Below are positions 1-11,600 of a DNA stretch of 64,000 nucleotides, in pieces. Every line of letters starts with the position of its first letter. The stretch's first letter is position 1. The notes under the pieces are model-generated. The model had not been told where the DNA came from and made no database searches. It saw only the letters and a program-made list of their open reading frames with translations. This stretch comes from Ascidiella aspersa. Lineage: Eukaryota. The translations under genes were made by a program, and so were the position numbers. The DNA is taken from positions 16,616,001 through 16,680,000 of the forward strand of contig OZ004608.1 of NCBI GenBank assembly GCA_963924565.1, read 5' to 3'.

Positions 1-370
1 CATGTTTGGATGTACAGATTAATTTTAAGAGGTTCAGAACAATACTTTTGAAACATAAATACACATTTGTGTACAACTTTGATCCAACCGTTTTTAATTC
101 TTATTGACAAACAATACCGGTGTACATATTGTATGACAAACAGGGTTTACATAAGGTCATAAGTTTAAAATTTACCGCTGGCAAGGGTTTTCTAGCTTTG
201 CATTATTTGTAAAGAATCCATGATAGATACACTGCTTTGAGTTAGCCACATTCAAGTATGGTAATTTATGGTTTTGCTGAGTTTTTTAAAAAACATGCCT
301 GGTTAGATTTAAAAACTATTTAATTCTCACTTTTTTTTCTTGTTAATTCGCACTTTTGGTAATCACATAG

Positions 371-3300
371 GCACTGTAGATCGAGCTTTGGGAAAAAATG
401 ACCAACTGCGAGCTTTACGGGCAGAGCTTAGCCAGAAGCAAAAAAACGGCAATCTTGAGGCGTTTTCTCTCTACCTGTATGGTATCATTTTAAAGAAAAC
501 TTCAGAAATGTCTACAGTGGTGCAAAAAAATGAAGCAATTAATATTCTTTCACAATCCATTCAGCAGTTTCCAATGAACTGGGGAGCTTGGAAAGAACTT
601 TCTTCTCTTATAACTGATCAACAAAATGTAAGAAACAATTTTTTTCTGCTGCATTTACCTTTTATAGTACTTGTAATCACAATAGTGTTTTTGGTGTCTG
701 CTATTGTTGTTGTGTGCTGGTGATAAATGAGAATTAGATACAAATACCATAAATATTTTTTATTATTCACCTTTTTTATTAAGCTATCATCACTAGATCT
801 TCCGAAGCATTGGATGAAAGATTTCTTTCTAGCTCAGACTCATGTTGATTTGGTAAATGCAGAGGATGCCTTGAACATGTATGATTCACTTAAAAAGGCT
901 GGTTTTTTAGACAGTTGCCACATTAAAACCCAAGAAGCAAATTGCCAGCACAATAGAAGGGGTATGCAAGAAAGTTATTATAAAGAGTACTGTTATTGGT
1001 CTTTTTTATGGATTTAATACTAGGCATAAAACATAAGCTAGGTAAATTTCTAAAATATTTTGTTCTTGTTTCTCAAAATTGACGATAACAAAAGAGTGTA
1101 CTTGTTGTATCTATTATGTGATCCATTTTCTTTTTAATAGTGTGACCTTATTACAATCTACAAGTCTCCACTGTGATTATAGGTCAGGGATTCTTAACCT
1201 TTTATGACTTACGGCACCCCTCAAAATCAAGAAGCTTACCAATTGAGCAAAAATCAGATTCTTAAAAATTCTCGGCCCTACCTTGAGTATTAGAAATGGC
1301 ACACCAGGGCGCCGCGGCACCCCGGTTGAGAACCACTGATATAGGTGGTAAATTTGCTGTTTAGTTTTGTCAACAATGTTGCTTTACAGTGTTTGATGAT
1401 GCAATAGCATTGCTAGAGGAGGTCCGTGAAAAAGACCCTTACAGGTTGGATGACATGGATATTCTCTCCAATATGTATTATGTCAAGGCACGCCGTTCAG
1501 ACCTGGCCCATCTTGCTCATCACTGCACCCAAGTGGACAAGTACAGAGTGGAAACCTGCTGCATTGTAGGTGCGAATCATTCTGTTTTTCAACTAGGGAT
1601 CTACTGATATTATCTTTTGGAAATGATACTGATAGGCAATGTTCTAGTTTGCTAACTAATATCACATTCTATGTATATCGATTTATTTATAAACCTGACA
1701 TATGCTGATAACTTTCATAATTTGAACATCTAATAGAAATAACATTCAGTTTATTTTCTTGCATGAAGTTGCGTTAAAAAATACTCTTATGATCCTCCAG
1801 GAAATTATTACAGCATAAGGGCAAACCATGAGAAGGCGGTCCTCTACTTTCAGCGAGCTCTTAAGCTCAATCCTAACTACCTAAGTGCTTGGACACTGAT
1901 GGGACACGAGTATACCGAGATCAAGAACACTTCTGCTGCCATACAAGCCTATCGGTAAAAGATATGCGCGTTAACTGCATGTAGTTCGATGTTATATCGT
2001 TAGTTTATATCTACAACATTATTAGAAACAGGGACGAATAATTATTTAACATGCTTTGTAGAAATGCAGTGGACCTAAACCGGCGCGACTACAGGGCGTG
2101 GTACGGCCTGGGCCAGACCTATGAACTGCTTAAGATGTACTCCTACGCCCTATATTATTTCAAACAGGTAGTAAAACATGTTTAAATTGCACATCTCTGA
2201 AAAAACAACAACATTTTAGTAAAATAAATCCATGTGTATTATTAAAATAAATCCATGTGTATTACGGAATAAAATATTAAATCTAGGGGTCAAATAAAAA
2301 AAACGCATCAAAGATGTATTTTATCGGCGTGAAAAACACTGAAACCACTGAACAAGAGTGCGGTGTATTAACCTTGGTTTTAAAACATTAATATGCCGTA
2401 TACAACGTACCATTTTTGTCCGACTTTTTTAGTAGGCTCTTTTATCAATAAAACTAAGATCACCCAGTTTCTTCTGTTTAGCTAAATACGGTAAACGTTA
2501 TTAAACCATTATTGTCCTATGAACTGTGACTTACGTCGAGCAATTTTGTGCAGTCTCATCGACTCCGTCCGTTCGACTCCCGCATGTTGATGGCTGTCGG
2601 CGAAACCTACGAAGTGCTGGAGCGGTCCGAGGAAGCCAAGATGTGTTACCGCAAGGCGATTGCTGTTGGGGACATCGAGGGAATGGCTAACATCAAGCTA
2701 GCGAAGTACAATTGTCTGGAGTGTAGGGGTTTCTTAATACTAAGTCAGATTCCCCCCCATTTGGCAATCGATATGGAAGCTTTTAAGCAAATATCTAGCT
2801 TAATCTTACCTTATAAATTCATTCTTTGAGAAACAATTGACTTTTATTTTACTGTGTAAAACTATTTTTTAACCATTTTGAAGGTCCCCTTGGTCATCGA
2901 GTAACGCCCAAAACACACTGTTTTGGTTTATGCTTCGTTTAGTGAACTACATTGCGCGGAATAAAAGTAACAATTCGCAATGTAATTTTAGGTTTATTAT
3001 ACAAGCCTTTGGTTTGGTGTCACTCTGTTAACCATATTGCTTAAAACTAAGCAATGTATCTGCGCGTTTCGCAACTTCGCACCATTTTTAATGGAATAAA
3101 CACTTCTGTGCAGATTGTATAAGCGCGAGAACGCAAGCGAGTGGGCTGCCCACTACTACGAGCGGTTTGCTCAACAGTCGGAGGAAAGGGGCGTGGTCGA
3201 AGGGACCAACGCCCACACGGAGGCCTACCTCTTCCTTGCTCGCCACAACCTTCTTCAGCCCACCAACCTCGATGCGGCAGGCTATTACGCGCACAAATGC

Positions 3301-3817
3301 TGTGATTACCCGGAGGTAGAATAAAGTGTTTACCACCTACGATTTCTCGGTTATCTTCGTAATTATAGATTTAATTTCTTAATTATAGATTAATTTATGA
3401 TGTTCCACATCCGACTAAGTGTGTGCGATTAATTTATCTTAGGGTACGGGAAAAATATTTTGTTGGGGAATTTAAAGTTTATGTATCTTAAAACTGAAAT
3501 ACCAATTTCCATCGGACGGAACCCATATAACTATCCAACTCGTAAAGTTAACTAAATGCCCTTAAACTCTCTCCAAGGTGCGCGAAGACGGCAAAGCGGT
3601 CCTGCGCGAGATCTCTCAGCGACGTGGAATCGGTGTCGACTTGAACGAGACGAGCGACCAGCAGCCGACCCCGGGACACCACTTGCAGCGAATAAGGGGC
3701 GCCGACGACAGCGTGAGCGTTGTGATGGACACCGATTCGCCCTCGACCAGCGTTGCGCCCATGAAGCTCAGCTTTTCGCCCGGACAGGCCGAGTCGGACA
3801 CCAGCAATATCATGTAA
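371..3817 (+). CDS. CDC23: Cell division cycle protein 23 (APC/C subunit 8, TPR protein); 5' part lies upstream of the window
   Basis: Exons 371-627, 784-961, 1390-1569, 1801-1954, 2062-2167, 2554-2705, 3114-3315 and 3578-3817(TAA); all introns GT-AG with consistent phases. The translation contains CDC23 hallmarks: [93 protein letters not shown] and [15 protein letters not shown] at 3988-3993. Confidence 0.96.
1185..1338. mobile_element. Non-autonomous hAT (Charlie-like) MITE, 154 bp, in a CDC23 intron
   Basis: Ends CAGGGATTCTTAACC ... GGTTGAGAACCACTG form an imperfect TIR. The flanking 8-mers TTATAGGT and ATATAGGT match 7/8 (TSD). Confidence 0.75.
2220..2264. repeat. Local tandem duplication (TAAAATAAATCCATGTGTATTA x2)
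   Basis: Direct repeat with a 23-bp period in a CDC23 intron. Confidence 0.8.
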
Positions 3818-5298
3818 TCCTTTTCACCGGCTGAACACTTGTTCTTGAAGCCCTTTGTTGGCCCTTTCGGAGGGAACTTGCGCGCGCGTTTTGTCACCTG
3901 ATGAACGTCCGACTTATGAGTCTGTGCGGGTATACAAACTGTAGGACAATTTGCGGGGGCTCTTCAGAGGATTGCAAACAATTAAAAAATAAAAGTTTTA
4001 CTGATGTGAACTGATGCAAAGATAAATACATGCCTTATTATACTAAAATTTTAAACAGAAACCGCTTCAAGCACACTACCTTTGGGTAACAACGTTTCTT
4101 TTAAGTTCAAATTTTATGTAGCTGCGATAATGATTCGTTGATATTCCGCTAAAATGTACTTTTTCTAACCGTTCGTAGCTACATTGTTTGTGCGAAGGCT
4201 TTGTTCTTTTGTTTCTCGTCGATTATATGGCCGCGAGGTATTTACCAGCGGTCTACCAACAACCCAAAACAATAAGACTGCGTTCGAGCGCACTGTCTTA
4301 TTCTTTAAGTGTCGATACCATACTGGCTCTTGTTTAAAAGTAGTTCTATCTGCATTTGGGCAATTCGGGTTTTGCTTTTTGTTAAATTCTGATATTGACA
4401 ATCAATATATTTAACTAAAATATAACAATCTGTAGTGATGCCAACATCATTGGCGATTGATGCAGGTTCTTTGGAATAATAAGATTTCTATGTGGGCCTA
4501 TATCATTTGTGGAAGTACTAGTTAGAATTGCTTACTAAATAGGCAAGTTAGCCAGCTTGTATTAATTATTTAGGTTGTATGGTACATTGTACAATTTTAT
4601 CCAAAACACTTGAAATTAGAAACTAACGTAATAGAAGTGAAAAATCAGATAGCCCAGTTATTTCAGCGTAAGAGAAATTCCGGATATATCATAGATATCG
4701 TATGTTATTTATGGTGACGTACCACGCAATGAAATCGTGATTCTATTGAAAGTCTACTTTATAAAAACGCTTTTCGTGTGTACTGTAGTTTCAAGTTTGT
4801 TAATGAAAACGAACATTTTTATAGTAAAGCCTTTACTAACTATAAAATATATAAATTATTTGGGCGCTGTTCTAGAATCCGAAATACCTTAAGATGTTTT
4901 AATGGTATTTAAGTTAATAGATATAATGTTTTGCTTTATATCGATCTGGAACAAAGTTGGGCAACATAAACTTTTTTTAACAGTTTTTGAAGCAAATAAT
5001 AGCATCATTGACCCACTAACTTACTTGTATTTAATTTATTATAATTTTGCACTTTGACTGGTTATTCTTATAAAGTTAGCGGCTTTAGAATGGCTACGTG
5101 TTAAGACATACATTTTTTCCAATGTTAAATGGAAATTTATGACATAATCCGGCGTTAGTCTAGAATCCTACCGCATTTTTGTCTGAGGGTTTATATTGCT
5201 ATCTGTTATTTGGGTTAGCTTGCTAGTTTGGATTTGGGTGGATCAAGTGTTATTATTATATTTATTTGGCGATGGCCTAGAATCCTACCACAGCATTC

Positions 5299-5488
5299 GG
5301 GTAATACTAATTTACGGAATGATGAATGGTCGGAACGCTCACTAATTTAAGTATTACCCCGTTAAAACAATTATTAAACCAACGCATAATATTTAAGTTA
5401 GGTTGGGGGTTAGCGTTTGGGTCAAGTGTTATTATATTTAATAATAATACTGTGAGCGTTCTAACCATTCCGTAAATTAGTGTTACCC
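5299..5488. mobile_element. MITE-like element with long inverted ends and a telomere-like core
   Basis: GGGTAATACTAATTTACGGAATG and CATTCCGTAAATTAGTGTTACCC match 22/23 as an inverted repeat, continued by GAACGCTCAC / GTGAGCGTTC. The core GGTTGGGGGTTAG...GGGTCAAGTGTTATTATA recurs at ~5210-5260 and ~19415-19565. No clear TSD. Confidence 0.65.
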
Positions 5489-5685
5489 AAGTCCAATGTT
5501 TTTATATAGGTATATTGGAATTAGGAAATAAAACATTTATCTCAATTTTAAGAGGCATACATTTTATTGCAATAAGGTTAATAACAAGTTGATAAATAAA
5601 CAACAAACTCTGTTCATATTGAGTTTCTTTGCACCCAGTGCCTTTCTTTTTTTACTCTAAATTACGACTTGGTGTAAAGACAACA

Positions 5686-8600
5686 ATGAACATCGTTCCT
5701 CAACTATGGAAAATACGTGAAGTTGCAGACAAAGTGTAAGTTTCATGTTTGATAATAAAGTTGGTTATACTGTGGGGTACAGAATATATTTATTTAAGAT
5801 ACAATATTTGGCGCTCCAGCGATTACGTAGAAAGTAATGCAAAAAAAACAAATGTGAGACAACCCTAGTTTGGGTCTAAAGGGGAATAATAAATTGTGAA
5901 TGACGATAGGATTATATTCTCAAATTGTTATTTTCATTTTTTAAATTTTTTTGGCCGGTACTTTAAACTGATGACAAATAATTTAATTAAGTTTTAACAA
6001 TAAATAAAACAAACAATTTTATCAGAACAAGGCTGGTGTTTAATAGTGTATACAAGCCAATATGCCTAATGTAATACTCATTGTATATATATATATATGT
6101 CTTAAATGCAAACCAATATGTGTTAAAAAAAACAATATTTAAGTGAAAACTTTAGAATAAAAATACTGTGGTCTAAGGTTCCTTATGGCATTGTAGTCAG
6201 TTTGCTGAGCCTTGACACAGAATCAGGCTTATGTAGTTTTTATTTGTAAGCAAAATTGCCTAGTTAAACTGCACTGGCCTTGACATATATAGCTTTATAA
6301 TTAAATTCTGAAAAACAACTTATTGCTCATATTTCGTTTTTATTTAACAATATTTTATTCCAAATGATATGTTTTGCTAAGCGCATTTACATTTTGTAGC
6401 ATAATGCATACATTTCTTGAAACTGTAAAGTCCCTTTATTTCTCCCAGCTAGTTTTCCTTTTTTAACTATAGTAAAATTCACATATGATGTAAAATATGT
6501 TTGGGCACATTCTTTATTAAAAAAGGATTAACAATATAGAGTAACAGCAAACAGCACAACTACCAAACTAACAATTGGTGTACATTTTTGACTATATTCT
6601 TTTTAAAGGTAAAATTTTGAAACTTTTATACTGGCCCAAACATTAACACATGCACTGAATCAACTGATACCTAACAAACAGCATTTTTATTTTTAGGACC
6701 AATGTGGTAATGAACTACTCAGATGTTGAGGCAAGAGTACGCGAGGCCACTAATGATGAGGCCTGGGGCCCATCTGGATCCATCATGCAAGAACTGGCCA
6801 AGGACACATTCATGTATGAGTGCTTCCCAGAAGTAATGGGAATGATGTGGAAAAGAATGCTGCATGAGGGAAGGAAAAATTGGAGACGGATTTATAAGGT
6901 GTTTTGTCTCCACCATTTGAAGCACTTATATATGTGTAACTGTACTGCAAGCAATATTTAACAATGCAATCCCCTATGGTTCACATCAGTGGCGTATCCA
7001 GGGGTGGGGGGGGTTTGGGGGTTCGGACCCCCCCTTTTCGTAAGTGACATTATCGTTTTTTTCAGGGTTTTACTCACCGTCCAAAGCTGCGTGTTTTTAA
7101 ATGTAATTGGGTCACGCGTCTTAAGCTAAAGCGAAACCAAAATCAAACGCAAAACGCAGTTTTTTTAACTATGTAAGTGGACTATTTTAACTATGTAAAG
7201 GGGAAACATTTTCGCGCTTCGCGAGAACTTGCAAGAAATTTAAAAGATATGCCGTTATACAAAAAATAAATCGCACTTGCTTCGCTCGCCAGGTGCGCCC
7301 AAACTTTAAAAGGTTATCAAACACTGAACTAGATTACCTAACTATTAAAATTATCGTGTTTCTTCGAAGTAGTTTTATATGTCGCGCTAATCGATACACC
7401 CGGGAAAACGATCTTCGTTTAGTATTGCAGGTGGCGAGAGACGTGCTTGTAATGTAGCGTAGTCCCGTTAATGGATCTACCAAAATCAATCACATATATT
7501 TCACAGTCTTGTTTTCGTTTTTCTCCTGAAGTTAACGATTGCACGCTAAGCAGTTTCGCAGCTGGCGCCTGGCAGGATTGTTAACAATGCACGTGTTCGG
7601 TTTTGGGTCTAAATGTTCGCTTTTGCTGTCCGTTGATGGACTGTTTCTGATGATTTTTTTTCTTATTTATGACGTCATTAACGTCAGACGAAAAAAACGG
7701 GGAATTCCCTAAATTGAAAATTCGGACCCCTCCCCCCCCCCCCCCCCCTTTTTGAATTTCTGGATACGCCCCTGGTTCACATGAATCACAAATACAAATA
7801 GTTAAAGAGTATATATATTGTTTATCTTCAACATTTTTAAGTTGATATAGTGTTTAATGCTGAATATTCTTCTATCATAATCATAGGCGCCAAACTTTTA
7901 AAATCCCAGGGCGTTGTTTTTTTAGACAGTACCAAATTTCTTATTAATTAGATAAAAGTGTGAGCTCTTAGATAACAGCTGTTGCCTGTTATCACTGAGC
8001 CAAACATTTAACTTTTTTGCACATTTGGGCAAAAAGTGTCCATTAAAATGGCCAAAACGTATCAATAATTTAAAAAAAAATTGCGTAAAACATAAAAAAG
8101 TATACTTGGGGATTCTAGGGCCCCATGCCTATATGGCAATTCAGGAAAGTTTTAATCACTTTTGGTTCACTAAGACTGTTTTTCCACTTATATTTTTTGT
8201 CATTTGCTGTGGCCACAAGCTATTTGTTGGGTTTATTTCAGTTTCCATGCATAGCGGCTTTGTGATTGGTCTGATATGTTTACATCCCACCTACTTTTAT
8301 TTAATGATTCAGGATTTTATTGTGAACAAAATTTTCCTTTTTTTGCGACATTATTTGTTATATATGTATTACCAGGCATGTCTTTATAATATAAACAAAA
8401 TTTATAAGATATGCATTAAAGTGAATATATATATATATTTGATGTACTGTTTTTTCAAGTTTACCTATTTTATGAATTGTGTTTACTTAATATTTTTCTA
8501 CAGGCACTGCTTTTGTTGAGTTATCTTATTCGCAATGGATCGGAAAGAGTTGTGACAAGTGCCCGGGAGCATTTGTATGATTTAAAGTCACTGGAAAACT

Positions 8601-11600
8601 ACACTTGTCACGGTACAATTATGTTTTGTATAAATATTTATTTTATTTTAATTAGGTTTTACTATGCTTATTAAAAGAATACTGCTTAAAACACTAGATT
8701 ATGCGGAATATGCATTTACTTATGTCATGTATTGGTGTCTTTACATAGCACTTTACCTGAAAATAGGCAGGCGTGTTTGTGCATGCAATTATGGTTAACA
8801 ACAAAATATTTTATATAGTTGAAAAGCAGTCTGTTAGCTCACTGAAAATAAGTCCTAGCTATTTTTCGGTTGAAGGCTGAAATGGAAACATTTTAAAAAT
8901 ATAGATTTGGTATGACATAAATAGCTTTTATATATCTTTGTACCAATTACCATTTTGGACCATAGCAATGTGGTCATTTATGTCATGAATATTGGGGGAT
9001 TCACATGTCCTATCCAGGCAATAAAACTATTTATACTAATGTTTATAATTTGGCCCTTAGAAGGTGAAATTTATCTTATGTCGCACATTGAGCTTGACAA
9101 TATTTCTCTTGTGTTGATGTTACAGATGAGCATGGCAAAGATCAAGGAGTCAATGTTCGCAACAAAGTCAAAGATATTATTAACCTTGTTCAAGATAATG
9201 AGAGATTGAGGGAAGAGCGAAAGCGTGCAAAGAAAAATCGCGACAAATATGTTGGCATGTCATCCGAAGATGCTCGTTTCTCGAGTGGACGACACAGTAA
9301 GACCAATTTTTTTCAAAGTCAATTTGTTTTGATGTATATTTTGATTGAGTGACTGCTTCCTGTATTGCTGCTATGCACTCTGGCAGCACACAATCGTAAG
9401 CTTCAAAACACAGTTATATGCAAGCTTTGATTGATAGCAGTTGTTTATTATCATAAAATCGGAAGTTGACCTAACCGGCAGCTGCATTGTCAGTTAATTT
9501 GATTTGTTGTTATCTCTCGAGCTTTCTTGACCTGCTTTAATTTTTGCTTAAGAGGCATAAGATTTAAAAACAAAAATGATTTTGTAGGATGTGCAGAACT
9601 GGAACTTAATCCTATAATAATAATGGTTTATTTTTGTAAAATGGTTTCATTTCCTTGTATAATTGTACTAAAGCTGTGACCAAGAAAAACCTGAATTTTA
9701 TTGGCTTGACAGTGTTGTTTTATATTTAAGGGATGAACTATAGTTGTATGATTTTTTCAGGATTTGTGTTGTTAAAGATTTGTTTAAAATCCAGAACAAT
9801 ATAGATATAACAACAATGTATGTTATGTTATCTCACCTTCATTATTCTCAGCAAGGTTTGTCAATTGCATGTAGGCTGTTGCATGGCTTAAGTAATATTT
9901 TAGTCTAAAATTTGACAGACTTTACACAAAAATTAAATTTATCTTATTTTTACGAGCTTGGTTTTAGTAAATTTATAAAAAAATTGTGTATTTTCAAAGC
10001 ATAATAATTACGAAGATAAGTTACAAAGCATTTCTTTCAAACATAAAAAAATAGTTGAAAAGTAAACTAAAGAGAGCCAATTTTTAATTTATTTAATTTA
10101 ACACCAAAGTCATTGACGAAACAATGATTGGAAATTTAAGGCTCTGCTCTGCCTCAGTAAAATTATTGTGGTATCAATTATGTCATTGGTTTAGAAAAAG
10201 GCACATTTAAATATCCGAGTGTTGTGCTCAGATTTTTCCCCACCCCCATCACCAAAACCGGTTGATCGATATGGCAGAGGTAAGGTTGCATGTGCATTAG
10301 AAATGCATTACTGCAGCACTAGTCTCCATCATTTGTGACTTGCAACGAGATTCGTTGTTGCTGAAATTGATTCACTGATGATGCAAATCTACCTGAATTT
10401 GTAGTTTTATCAATTATCGTGAACTTTTTTAATTTGTTGTGTTGCTTTGTCTATCTATTTCATATTTCATATTTTTAATCTTAAAAAAAATAGTTTTAAA
10501 AATAACAGTTTGATTATTGCATAAATATCTATAACTATCTATAACTTAATTTCAATCTCTAAGTGTGTTGGCTATTAATTTTGCATCAGTGGGACATGGT
10601 TGTTTAACCCGCTGCTATCCACTATGACATATTAGACAAAAACCTTTGCTATCATTTTTTTGTTTAATTTTCTATTTCCAGTATAGAATTGCATGCAGCA
10701 TAAAATACACCAATTTAATTAATATTATACTTTCAATCTGTGTAAGGCGAATACAGTTTTTATTGAAAAAACAATCCAGCTGAACTTTGTTAATTGAGTA
10801 TTTAAATGCCTCTCACAAATTAAGCTTTGTTTCCTTATATTATATTATATTATATAATTATTGCAAAAAAAGTATATTTAAAAACAGTCTACAATTTGTG
10901 CATGTGTTATACAAACAATTATATGTCACTAGCCTGGATGTTTTTTAGAACTATACACTAAATACAAATCAACAAGTAGCCAACCAATATTTATTGTAAT
11001 TCAGTAGCCTGTAACTGTTTTGAAGCACCTGGAAAAAGCTGCTTGAACAGATAAAATATGTGTTATTATGTAATTTGCAGCAAAGCTTCTGATGAGTGAT
11101 GTTTAGTTATACAAGTATAATAAAATCATAATTTTCTGTAACACAATTCATACTTTGTAAATTGTCAGTTCCTATGTTGCTACGCTTTAGGTGGGGGTGG
11201 AGGCAGAAGAAGTGAGGATCGTTCATATGAATGGCGAGATACAGTTGATTCATATGAAGATGAACCAAAATCAAGTCGAAAACAAAACAGGGGCTCAAAT
11301 GGTTCTGCTGGATACAGGTAAATTGCAAAAAGTTACATTCAACATTATTTTAGATAATAAGTTTGATGTTTCTCTTTGAAAGTCACAGTTGAAATACTGA
11401 TAGTTTGTAGTCCTCTGTATGTAGTAAGATACAGTTTGATAAACAAAGGAGAATTTGAATATAGTTTGTTCAAATTTATTTTATATTTGACGCAGGTTAT
11501 TTTACGAGATTGCTGTGTCAACAGTTTAGTTGACATAAAATGTAAAATATTTGCAAATAATAACAAAGAACTAGCATAGTGTCGAAATAGCAAATGAGAT

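Noticed and set aside
8025-8519. 164-aa hydrophobic + strand ORF
   Set aside because: Low-complexity AT-rich intron sequence, out of frame with the real exon at 8504.
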